A stretch of 62,223 nucleotides of DNA, the filler included, from Nemertoderma westbladi (taxonomy: Eukaryota; Animalia; Xenacoelomorpha), in NCBI GenBank assembly GCA_032718475.1. It is 3 parts of 3 records of this genome, joined end to end, with 100 filler letters (N's around TTAATTAATTAA, not from the genome) between each part and the next. Parts side by side here need not be neighbours in the genome. Positions count along the whole stretch, not along the records: positions 16,283 to 46,186 come from JAUCBJ010006399.1; positions 46,287 to 62,223 come from JAUCBJ010002834.1; 1 more part is not named here. The stretch is one strand, 5' to 3'. This document shows, in pieces, positions 39,240 through 51,300 of the stretch (its first letter is position 1; the number at the start of each line of letters is the position of its first letter). Under the pieces are notes generated by a model that worked only from the letters and a program-made list of their open reading frames with translations, was not told the origin of the DNA and ran no database searches. The translations under genes and the position numbers were made by a program.

Positions 39240-39385
39240 CTTATTTCAAGTGCGGTCCCCCCGGAACTGCGTTCTCGCCGAAATGAAAACTACCCTGGCC
39301 CCATGTTGGGATCGAACCCACAACCTCTCGTGGCATAGGTGTGATTCAATGTAACAACGGGCTGAACCAAAGAGCCGGAGTGGAA
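39240..39385 (-). mobile_element. tRNA-derived SINE-like fragment
   Basis: Minus strand GAGAGGTTGTGGGTTCGATCCCAAC (B box in a T-arm-like stem); no complete cloverleaf. Confidence 0.5.
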
Positions 39386-39422
39386 GGATTAAATATTATG
39401 AGTTGGTTCCATATTAACTCAC

Positions 39423-39581
39423 CTCCTCCCCCATCTTCCCTTTAAGGACTTCCATCTCTGTCTTCTGTTGAGAGGCGCCTTGCATTGCAATGGTTATCTC
39501 CCTAAGCGCCTTGTCTGCATGAGCTTGAGCCTCCCCTACCAACGCCTGTTGTTCTGCAGCTCCCTCCTTTAATCTATCCAC
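39423..39581 (-). CDS. DYNC2H1: DYNC2H1 exon (stalk coiled coil)
   Basis: VDRLKEGAAEQQALVGEAQAHADKALREITIAMQGASQQKTEMEVLKGKMGEE; 159 bp, TAG| and |GTGAGT. Confidence 0.92.
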
Positions 39582-39638
39582 CTATTATTGTAAATATATG
39601 GGGAGTTTAGCTGTAATTAGTAAACTTAAAATTCGTTA

Positions 39639-40026
39639 GTCGGTCGGTCGGTCGGTCGGTCGGTCGGTCGGTCGGTCGGTCGGTCGGTCGGTCGGTCGGT
39701 CGGTCGGTCGGTCGGTCGGTCGGTCGGTCGGTCGGTCGGTCGGTCGGTCGGTCGGTCGGTCGGTCGGTCGGTCGGTCGGTCGGTCGGTCGGTCGGTCGGT
39801 CGGTCGGTCGGTCGGTCGGTCGGTCGGTCGGTCGGTCGGTCGGTCGGTCGGTCGGTCGGTCGGTCGGTCGGTCGGTCGGTCGGTCGGTCGGTCGGTCGGT
39901 CGGTCGGTCGGTCGGTCGGTCGGTCGGTCGGTCGGTCGGTCGGTCGGTCGGTCGGTCGGTCGGTCGGTCGGTCGGTCGGTCGGTCGGTCGGTCGGTCGGT
40001 CGGTCGGTCGGTCGGTCGGTCGGTCG
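39639..40026. repeat. Perfect (GTCG)n microsatellite, ~97 copies
   Basis: Uninterrupted tetranucleotide run. Confidence 0.98.
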
Positions 40027-40179
40027 TTCGTTTACTTCGTACTGCGCGAAGTCCCTACGAACGTATATTTAGTTAGTAAACTAATAATCCGTTAGTTATT
40101 AGTTAGATGTGAGTAAAGAATGTAGTTTGGTAATCCGTAAGGAGTAATGGATGAATGTAAATGTAAATTGAGGAACACC

Positions 40180-41227
40180 CAAGGTGTACTCAATAACAGG
40201 TCATGCCGGATTGCTGAAATTAGCGGAGGCCGATCGTTTCCCTATTTATGGCACTTTTTTATAATATTTCCTTAGAAACTTATTATGTGCTACTTTTGTT
40301 AGGTGGATATGATGGCTAGGATTCATAGCAATGTAATAAAAAGTCTTTCTGGAATTTTTATCTTGTAGTTGCCAAGGTAACCGGGTGTAAAGTTCAAACT
40401 TTGCGCGCCTGTAATTCAAGACAACCATGAATTCTGTTCCTGAGATTTGATAGGCGAGTAAAGGGAATAAAAGTCTATCAGAATATTTTACATTTAAATT
40501 TATTTTTTCAATCCCGTTTCCATGGTGATGGGTATTACGATAATGTGCCATTATGACCGACAGTAAAAAATTTGGCTACTATTTACTATTTATTTCATTT
40601 GCATCTGACATGTCTGGTGGCTGTCCTTTGTTTCTAATAATTGGTAACCGAAATTTAATATTCTGGAATGTCAAAATCATGCCATAACAGGTCTCTCTCT
40701 CTGATTGGACAGTTTTGGTTATTGTCACATACTGACCCTCATAACTGTCATTCACAATTGACTAGTCATAAAATAAATGTTGGCAATTTTAACTTACTAT
40801 TTTGACTGACAAACCGAATAAAAATGGTGTTTTATAGATTTGGTAGACTTTTATTCAGATTTGTCATTGTACTTATTACCATGGTCGCGGGAAGTAAACA
40901 AATTTAAATGTAAAATATTCTGATAGACTTTTATTCCCTTTACTCACCTATCAAATCTCAGGAACAGAATTCATGGTTGTCTTGAATTACAGGCGCGCAA
41001 AGTTTGAACTTTACACCCGGTTACCTTGGCAACTACAAGATAAAAATTCCAGAAAGACTTTTTATTACATTGCTATGAATCCTAGCCATCATATCCACTT
41101 AACAAAAGTAGCACATAATAAGTTTCTAAGGAAATATTATAAAAAAGTGCCATAAATAGGGAAAATATCGGCCTCCGCTAATTTCCGCAATCCGCTCGCT
41201 GCATGACCTGTTATTTAGTACACCTTG
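40180..41227. mobile_element. Long-TIR non-autonomous DNA transposon with CAAGG termini (P-element-like)
   Basis: Ends CAAGGTGTACT / AGTACACCTTG with ~325-bp near-identical inverted arms, which explains the identical peptides of ORFs 40246 and 40973. No TSD detected. Confidence 0.8.
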
Positions 41228-41328
41228 CCTAAAACACATAGTTAAAAAGTAAAATTTTATGATTTATTGTTTTTTCATTCGCTATAGATGAACTATGTTG
41301 CTAGAGTTACGATTATTATCGTACTTAC

Positions 41329-41519
41329 CTCAGCTTTGGCTTCGTTTAGTTTAGCCACTCCTGCAGTGAGATACTTGGCTTTCTTTGCGACTGTTGCTTT
41401 CTTGCCATCGTAAACGGTCTGGTACGTGTTCACAAAGGATATATAACGTCTGGGAGTGGAAAGTTGCGAAGGGACACTGTTGTGAATCGATAGAAAATGT
41501 TTCAATACTTCCTCACCAC
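41329..41519 (-). CDS. DYNC2H1: DYNC2H1 exon
   Basis: GEEVLKHFLSIHNSV...TPRRYISFVNTY...YLTAGVAKLNEAKAE; |GTAAGT donor. Confidence 0.93.
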
Positions 41520-41711
41520 CTAAGAAAACAGAAGAACCGAGTTACAAATGGTCAACGGATAATTAACAGATAGATTTCAAATAAAAAAAAAAGCGAATTT
41601 AATAAGATTTGGAGACAAAGGTGGGGTTACTACTGAGCACCCAAGGGAACATGTAAACTTTTTTTTTTTTTTTATTAAGAGGGCATTTCAGCTATAAACT
41701 AAATAATTAAA

Positions 41712-42942
41712 ATAGCAGACATGTCCAATAAATCAACAATTGAGTTAGCAGACATGTCCAATAAATCAACAATTGAGTTAGCAGACATGTCCAATAAATC
41801 AACAATTGAGTTAGCACACATGTCCAATAAATCAACAATTGAGTTAGCAGACATGTCCAATAAATCAGCAATTGAGTTAGCAGACATGTCCAATAAATCA
41901 GCAATTGAGTTAGCGAACATGTCCAATAAATCAGCAATTGAGTTAGCAGACATGTCCAATAAATCAACAATTGAGTTAGCAGACATGTCCAATAATCAAC
42001 AATTGAGTTAGCAGACATGTCCAATAAATCAACAATTGAGTTAACAGACATGTCCAATAAATCAACAATTGAGTTAGCAGACATGTCCAATAAATCAACA
42101 ATTGAGTTAGCAGACATGTCCAATAAATAAACAATTGAGTTAGCAGACATGTCCAATAAATCAACAATTGAGTTAGCAGACATGTCCAATAAATCAACAA
42201 TTGAGTTAACAGACATGTCCAATAAATCAACAATTGAGTTAGCAGACATGTCCAATAAATCAACAATTGAGTTAGCAGACATGTCCAATAAATAAACAAT
42301 TGAGTTAGCAGACATGTCCAATAAATCAACAATTGAGTTAGCAGACATGTCCAATAAATCAACAATTGAGTTAGCAGACATGTCCAATAAATCAACAATT
42401 GAGTTAGCGAACATGTCCAATAAATCAACAATTGAGTTAACAGACATGTCCAATAAATCAACAATTGAGTTAGCAGACATGTCCAATAAATCAACAATTG
42501 AGTTAGCAGACATGTCCAATAAATCAACAATTGAGTTAGCAGACATGTCGAATAAATCAACAATTGAGTTAGCAGACATGTCCAATAAATCAACAATTGA
42601 GTTAGCAGACATGTCGAATAAATCAACAATTGAGTTAGCAGACATGTCCAATAAATCAACAATTGAGTTAGCAGACATGTCCAATAAATCAACAATTGAG
42701 TTAGCGAACATGTCCAATAAATCAACAATTGAGTTAACAGACATGTCCAATAAATCAACCATTGAGTTAGCAGACATGTCGAATAAATCAACAATTGAGT
42801 TAGCAGACATGTCCAATAAATCAACAATTGAGTTAGCTGACATGTCCAATAAACCAACAATTGAGTTAGCAGACATGTCCAATAAATCAACAATTGAGTT
42901 AGCAGACATATCCAATAAATCAACAATTGAGTTAGCGAACAT
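41712..42942. repeat. 33-bp minisatellite, ~37 copies
   Basis: (TAGCAGACATGTCCAATAAATCAACAATTGAGT)n. Confidence 0.97.
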
Positions 42943-44418
42943 AAATTATAGAAACACGAGGATTTATATTCTCTTTGGGGCTCCGTAGGTTAAAGATTTG
43001 ATAGTCGTCAAATAATAAAATTCGATAAACGTTCAATGAAGGGTATTCTTTCCCGCTAACTAAAATGATATTATTACTGATCCATTTCTCCGGGGCTTCG
43101 TCAGAGGGAAAGGGGACCCTTTGTTCAAAGTTTTCTCATTATTGTAACCCTGGAAACTTTACGGAAGGCATGTCGTCTTACGAATATACGTCAATTAATA
43201 ACATAACATAACATTGATAAATTGAACATTACAACTTGCACAAAAGGTGAAAGTTGAAAAGAGTTGAAGGGAAATGGGATGCAAGGTATTGTGGGACTGG
43301 CTTTAAGGGTAATTATTATATTATGTAATACTGTAATACTCTAAATAAATGTAGGGGTTTCGATTTGATGGGTTAAAAATACAAAGGGTTTAAGTGAGTT
43401 AGGACATAAATTAGTGAGTTAGGACTACAGTAATATTTCGCGTTTCACTATTTTATCACACTGTCTCTGACACTTACCCGAAAATAATACGTTTGTATGG
43501 TAAAAAACGTTTTTTATGAAAACTTTTTCTACTGAAAACAAGAGAGCAAAGATAACATTTAATTAATTAATACCTTGTTGGTGTTTCTCTATGAAAGCAT
43601 CTGTTAATAAAATGTTAGTATTTAGAAAACATAGTGCTAACGGAAATATTATGAAAATGAAAGTAATGAGGTACATAAAAGTGTAAAAGATAAGCGGTTA
43701 AGGAAGTGTTATGTTAGTATATCCAACACCACCGCACCAGCGGCGTACAATTCTAATGCAACTTTTAAACTTCGTTTACCCGAGAAACTTTAAGCTACTT
43801 GTAAAGCAGTTTTAAGTTTATATAACCGGTAAATATAACTCGTGTTGAATAATCCCCCCCCCCCCCCCCCCCCCGCGATTAATGATATAGTCTTATTAGT
43901 TGCATGAAACTTGTACCACCGGTGGGTGTAGCTATAACAACATTGCCCCAGTTGCTATAGAAACACTATAAATCTAAACAAACCTCTTTCACACTTGCGA
44001 TCAAAGTCTCTGCTATAAACTGGGTAGAAAAATAAACAACTCATTAATTTTTGTAATAATTTATTAGTATTGAGGATTATAAGCACAATGAAACCCAATT
44101 GTAAACCGTTTAATGGCGCAAACTATTGCGTTGCCTGATTTACATGGTAAATTATTGGGTAACTTCATTTATTGTGACTTGATTTGAGAAAAATGCAATC
44201 GAAATTTCATACCAATGGAATGACGTGAACCTGGATGGCCCTAAAACAGACCAGCGCTGCCTATATTACTAAATAATCACACGGAATTAATTGCAATTTC
44301 ACAGCTCTAAAAAGGTAATAAAAATAATCGACATTTTTCGCTCTGTATCTGTTAAAATAAAATGTTATAATTTTGCATTAATATAAACATTTGACGAATT
44401 ATTATCGTTATAGCTAAC

Positions 44419-44689
44419 CAGAGACTGTTCGAGTTCGTTCTTGTAGCATTTCATTTAGCGACGGCATCGCCTTGGCCCCTCGTCGGGATAGTATTAATCG
44501 CGGAATCTCCAGCATATTCTCTCGCGACCACTCGCTCATCCACAACACGGTGCAGCACTTAAAGAGAGCCGGGTTGCTCTCGCAGCGGATTCGGAACAGC
44601 TCATTGGTGGAATCCATAATGATGACGACATGGAGGTTCCGGTTGACGCGTTTAGCGAAGTAGGAGAATAACGGACCACGATGTCCGTC
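44419..44689 (-). CDS. DYNC2H1: DYNC2H1 exon (end of AAA4)
   Basis: DGHRGPLFSYFAKRVNRNLHVVIIMDSTNELFRIRCESNPALFKCCTVLWMSEWSRENMLEIP...; TAG| and |GTTAGC. Confidence 0.92.
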
Positions 44690-44721
44690 CTATAAGGAAA
44701 CAAAACAGACTAACCGACTGC

Positions 44722-44797
44722 TGCTAACCGACATCGGGAAATAAAACAGAATGCTAACCGATATCGGGAAATAAAACAGAATGCTAACCGATATCGC
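44722..44797. repeat. 30-bp tandem repeat (~2.5 copies) next to an acceptor site
   Basis: TGCTAACCGA(C/T)ATCG at 44722, 44752 and 44782. Confidence 0.85.
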
Positions 44798-46186
44798 ATA
44801 ATACACTCAAAGCGGGCTGGTTTACTAATGTCAAAATATATTTTATTCTAAAATGTTAACATATCATCTAAAGTTTAGTATTAAGGTGAGTTGTTGTTAT
44901 TGTTAATACCATATTAACATTCAATAGTATACATTACTTTACAGTAGGCCTAATAGAGGAGTACTTTACAATAACACTAATAAACCTGAAATTTGAAATC
45001 AATTGCTTTTCCGTTAACATAGTTATTTTTCTATGCCTGACTTTACGGGTCAGAGCATGACCTACTATAACACGACCCGGAATGCTGCTGCAGGCGTAAA
45101 AATTTAGTGGGGTAACTTTCAACCTTAATAACATTTTTCCACTTTATCTGCTGGTCACAAAAATTTCACTAATTCTAGATTAGTAAATTTTTTACCTTTT
45201 GAGGAAATTTTTTTTGCTGCCAATTACCATAGCAACCAGTAATGTCATTTCAATATATACATTTATTTTGCATTTTACAACTGAACACTTATATCGATTA
45301 AGTCAAAACTTGAATCAGGTATAGTATGGTTAGTTGCCAATATTCTGAGAAGGTTTTAACATCACCTAGTTGCCATAGCTACCAGCAGCGACGATTTAAA
45401 ATATACACTTTTCACCTATATTTCAGATAAAAAGTTAGAATTTTTCTTTTTAAGAAATTCAATATGCTGATCAAGATAATAATATCTCGTCATTTCTTGC
45501 GCGCCGCCGGGTGGGGGGGGGGGGGTGTATATTTTGTACTTAAGGTTGCCATAGCAACTGGTATTCAAGTTTAAATATGTTTTTATTGGAATATTCTTAT
45601 TGCTACTGACATACCTTCATGAAAAATTATTGGTTTGTATAATTGTAACAAATTTATAAAATTATTTTACTACCTGGTTACCGTAGTAACCATCAAAACT
45701 ATGCTTTATAATAATTTTCAACAATTTCTATAATTTATTATTTCTCAGCACTTTTAGTCACTACTACTGGTATCAACGAAATATTATTAATGAAACTTTA
45801 CCTTTTAATTTTACTTCTAGAAGAACGATCGCTTGTCTGTCCGTACGTTGAGCTGACATTTACCAAGTATTTCATCGTTCCCTATATTGTTTCGTTGATA
45901 ATCGTTCTTGCTCAATCGAAGTTTTCCTTGTTGTAAAGGAACTTAGTCAATCCTATGTCGGAAAATCTATTACAAAATCAATCCATAGATAAAATTTGTT
46001 AAGTCTAGCCTGAAATGTATACAATCTACTGAGGTATCGGCATAGTCGTCCGTTGTTAGAGGTTCCAAAATAATATTATTCTCATCTGCAAATTTATAAA
46101 CTATTATTTTTTGAAATGACTTGACAAGGCCATGCTTAGATCGAATGGGAATTCTTGTTCCGGTTGCTTGCGCAAGGTATAAATAG

Positions 46187-46286
46187 NNNNNNNNNNNNNN
46201 NNNNNNNNNNNNNNNNNNNNNNNNNNNNNNTTAATTAATTAANNNNNNNNNNNNNNNNNNNNNNNNNNNNNNNNNNNNNNNNNNNN
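46187..46286. other. Artificial scaffold linker (44 N + TTAATTAATTAA + 44 N)
   Basis: Same construction as the linker at 16183. Confidence 0.97.
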
Positions 46287-47293
46287 AATCTCCCCCCCCC
46301 CCCCCCCCCCCCCCCACAAAGACGCAGCATGTGGTCCAGAATATATGGCAAGATTCAGCTTAAACTGATTAAAATCAATGAGACGGGAGAAATCTATTCA
46401 CTTTCAGGCATAAAGTAGTCCTATAGCGGGTGACTGTTGAACTGATTTTCAACAAAAACAAATTTTCAACTTGGCAGCTTTAAATTCGACAAAGTTATAA
46501 GCATGTCAATATCATAACGACGACAAACATCACTTCACTTTCAGACATTTGGCCCTCTAGCGGCAGACTGGAGAACTGCAGATGGATTCGCCTCCTTTGA
46601 AAGTCACAGCTAATGGTCTAATACATATCTGCCAAGTTTCAGCTTAAACGGATTAAAAGCAAAGAAATGGGAGGGGCATTTAATGTTTAGGACCATGTGG
46701 CCCTCTAGCGGGAGGACCATTGCACTGATGGTGTCTGAAAGTCTCTCAAAAAATCTCAACTTTAGCTCATATTGATACCTACAAATTTTCAACTTGGCAG
46801 CTTTAAATCCGACAAAGTTATTAGCATGTCAAAATCGTAACGACGACAACGATTTCACTTTCAGACATTTGGCCCTCTAGCGGCAGACTGGAGAACTGCA
46901 GATGGATTCGCCTCCTTTGAAAGTCACAGCTAATGGTCTAATACATATCTGCCAAGTTTCAGCTTAAACGGATTAAAAGCAAAGAAATGGGAGGGCATTT
47001 AATGTTTAGACATGTGGCCCTCTAGCGGGGAGACCATTGCACTGATGGTGGTCTGAAAGTCTCTCAAAAATCTCAACTTTTTGCTCATATTGATACCTAC
47101 AAATTTTCAACTTGGCAGCTTTAAATCCGACAAAGTTATTAGCATGTCAAAAATCGTAACGACGACGACGACGACGACAACGACGACGACGACGACAACG
47201 ACGACGACGACGACAACTATTTGCATAAATTGACCCACCCCCCTAACAGTGTCAATTCGCTAAGGCTCCGCCAACTTCGTGGCTCGCCCCCAC
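46287..47293 (-). mobile_element. Second copy of the HINE/DINE-like element, with a ~320-bp internal duplication
   Basis: Near-identical to 17240-17725, ending in GACGACAACTATTTGCATAAATTGACCCACCCC...GGCTCCGCCAACTTCGTGGCTCGCCCC. Duplicated block at ~46534 and ~46854. Confidence 0.7.
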
Positions 47294-47339
47294 AAAACAC
47301 GCTCTCTAATTTTAACAATTATGGAAGGGTAGTAGAGGT

Positions 47340-47905
47340 CGTAAGGTAATATTTTAAAGGTTGTCATTGGAAGAGGTAATAGTTTAAATATGGTATCCTT
47401 TAGAGATAAATTGACAAAAAGAGATGGGAAATTGTGAGTAGAATAGTTGGATTGTTCTGGGCAGATGACTCCTTGACTAGTTTGTGTTATCGGGATGGGT
47501 GAAGGCAGAAATCGATCTGGCATGACTTTGTGATAACTGCTCCTAAAAGCAGGGCAACAGTTACAATCAGATCATTTTATAATCTGAGTAAAATATTGGC
47601 TAGTTCGAACATGAGTCTTAAACCAGTCCTCAGTACAGCTTAGCATCTGTTCACTGGTCATGGAGATGTATATTCCGCTATTACTGGATACCAATCTATA
47701 ACAACATAGGACCATATCTCAGTTAAAACGTTACCAGCTGCAGCAAAGTTGCGTTCTTCGAGGTCGAAGTCTACAGTTTTACTCTGGGAATCTAAATGGC
47801 TACCAAATGTATCATGGGGTAGAATTACTCCAGAGCGTTCTTTACTGAGAGGTGCCATTCTCCGTTCAACACGGTTGAATGCACTGCGCCCCGGTGCATT
47901 CACAG
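47340..47905 (-). pseudogene. Zator-like DDE transposase fragment
   Basis: NAPGRSAFNRVERRMAPLSK..SGVILPHDTFGSHLD...EIWS, then FKTHVRTSQYFTQIIK and RFLPSPIP across stops and frameshifts. Family assignment is from motif recall. Confidence 0.6.
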
Positions 47906-48061
47906 TGAAAACTGATTGAGTTTTTACAAAAATAGTTTGGTAAAATTTACTCGAATTTATTATTCGAATGAGTAAAAGATATTATATAAAAATATTACAG
48001 TGTTGCCAATAAAAGTAAACTAGTAGTTGTTGTAGTTATACTGGCTGGGTATGCAACTAAC

Positions 48062-48246
48062 TGTGAGGTAGCCTTGGGCACTGTGACAATGAACAGATAA
48101 GGTTGGTCCGTCGGACTTTCGTTGGGAGAATATCCAGCGACGAATGTGTAGGTAGATACCCAGAAAACGTCTGTAACCCTAACAACAGGTTGGTCCTCAA
48201 AACCAGGGGGACCAAATGTTCGCTTTGTCTCCAAATTAGGGGTCAC
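48062..48246 (-). CDS. NUP214: NUP214 exon 4 (beta-propeller)
   Basis: TAG|VTPNLETKRTFGPPGFEDQPVVRVTDVFWVSTYTF...FIVTVPK resembles recalled NUP214 '[35 protein letters not shown]'. The donor position is tentative. Confidence 0.78.
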
Positions 48247-48387
48247 CTAGATCAATTACAAAAGCAATTACATCATAACGTCGTCTATAATAACGAAGTC
48301 ACACGCGAATGGAACGATGGAACGATTTATCCTTACCCGCCTCAAATTATACAATTCGAGGCTTCATAACACACTCATATACTCTAC

Positions 48388-51300
48388 TGTATGGATCATT
48401 CACCCAGTGTACACACACTAATCTGTGTGTATCATTGACTCAGTGTACACACACTAATCTGTCTGTATCATTCACTCAGTGTACACACACTAATCTGTTT
48501 GTATGATTCACTCAGTGTACACACACTAATCTGTCTGTATGATTCACTCAGTGTACACACACTAATCTGTCTGTTTGATTCACTCAGTGTACAGGTACAC
48601 ACACTAATCTGTCTGTATGATTCACTCAGTGTACACACACTAATCTGTCTGTATGATTCACTCAGTGTACACACACTAATCTGTCTGTATGATTCACTCA
48701 GTGTACACACACTAATCTGTCTGTATCATTCACTCAGTGTACACACACTAATCTGTCTGTATGATTCACTCAGTGTACACACACTAATCTGCCTGTCTGT
48801 ATGATTCACTCAGTGTACACACACTAATCTGTATGTATGATTCACTCAGTGTACACAAACTAATCTGTCTGTATCATTGACTCAGTGTACACACACTTAT
48901 CTGTCTGTATCATTCACTCAATGTACACACACTAATCTGTCTGTATCATTCACTCAGTGTACACACACTAATCTGTCTGCATGATTCACTCAGTGTACAC
49001 ACACTAATCTATCTGTATCATTCACTCAGTGTAAACACACTAATATGTCATTATCATTGACTCAGTGTACAGGTACACACACTAATCTGTCTGTATGATT
49101 CACTCAGTGTACACACACTAATCTATCTGTATCATTCACTCAGTGTAAACACACTAATCTGTCAGTATCATTGACTCAGTGTACAGGTACACACACTAAT
49201 CTGTCTGTATGATTCACTCAGTGTACACACACTAATCTGTCTGTATCATTCACCCAGTGTACACAAACTAATCTGTCTGTATGATTCACTCAGTGTACAC
49301 ACACTAATCTGTCTGTATGATTCACTCAGTGTACACAGACTAATCTGTCTGTATCATTCACTCAGTGTACACACACTAATCTGTCTGTATTGATTCACTC
49401 AGTGTACGTACACACACTAATCTGTTTGTATGATTCACTCAGTGTACACACACTAATCTGTCTGTATGATTCACTCAGTGTACACACACTAATCTGTCTG
49501 TATCATTCACCCAGTGTACACAAACTAATCTGTCTGTATCATTCACCCAGTGTACACACACTAATCTGTCTGTATGATTCACTCAGTGTACACACACTAA
49601 TCTGTCTGTATGATTCACTCAGTGTACACACACTAATCTGTCTGTATCATTCACTCAGTGTACACACACTAATCTGTCTGTATTGATTCACTCAGTGTAC
49701 GTACACACACTAATCTGTCTGTATGATTCACTCAGTGTACACACACTAAAATCTGTCTGTATGATTCACTCAGTGTACACACACTAATCTGTCTGTATCA
49801 TTCACCCAGTGTACACAAACTAATCTGTCTGTATCATTCACCCAGTGTACACACACTAATCTGTCTGTATGATTCACTCAGTGTACACTCACTAATCTGT
49901 CTGTATGATTCACTCAGTGTACACACACTAATCTGTCTGTATGATTCACTCAGTGTACACACACTAATCTGTCTGTATCATTCACTCAGTGTACACACAC
50001 TAATCTGTCTGTATGATTCACTCAGTGTACACACACTAATCTGTCTGTATGATTCACTCAGTGTACACACACTAATCTGTCTGTATGATTCACTCAGTGT
50101 ACACACACTAATCTGTCTGTATCATTCACTCAGTGTACACACACTAATCTGTCTGTATGATTCACTCAGTGTACCCACACTAATATGTCTCTATGATTCA
50201 CTCAGTGTACACACACTAATCTGTCTGTTTGATTCACTCAGTGTACACACACTAATCTGTCTGTATGATTCACTCAGTGTACACACACTAATCTGTCTGT
50301 ATGATTCACTCAGTGTACACACACTAATCTGTCTGTATGATTCACTCAGTGTACACACAATAATCTTTCTGTATCATTCACTCAGTGTACACACACTAAT
50401 CTGTCTGTATGATTCACTCAGTGTACACACACTAATCTGTCTGTATGATTCACTCAGTGTACACACACTAATCTGTCTGTATGATTCACTCAGTGTACAC
50501 ACACTAATCTGTCTGTATCATTCACTCAGTGTACACACACTAATCTGCCTGTATGATTCACTCAGTGTACACACACTAATCTGTCTGTATGATTCACTCA
50601 GTGTACACACACTAATCTGTCTGTTTGATTCACTCAGTGTACAGGTACACACACTAATCTGTCTGTATGATTCACTCAGTGTACACACACTAATCTGTCT
50701 GTTTGATTCACTCAGTGTACACACACTAATCTGTCTGTTTGATTCACTCAGTGTACACACACTAATCTGTCTGTATCATTCACTCAGTGTACAGGTACAC
50801 ACACTAATCTGTCTGTATGATTCACTCAGTGTACACACACTAATATGTCTGTATGATTCACTCAGTGTACAGGTACACACACTAATCTGTCTGTATGATT
50901 CACTCAGTGTACACACACTAATATGTCTGTATGATTCACTCAGTGTACACACACTAATCTGTCTGTATCATTCACTCAGTGTACAGGTACACACACTAAT
51001 CTGTCTGTATGATTCACTCAGTGTACACACACTAATATGTCTGTATGATTCACTCAGTGTACACACACTAATATGTCTGTATGATTCACTCAGTGTACAC
51101 ACACTAATCTGTCTGTATCATTCACTCAGTGTACACACACTAATCTGTCTGTATCATTCACTCAGTGTACAGGTACACACACTAATCTGTCTGTATGATT
51201 CACTCAGTGTACACACACTAATATGTCTGTATGATTCACTCAGTGTACACACACTAATATGTCTGTATGATTCACTCAGTGTACACACACTAATCTGTCT

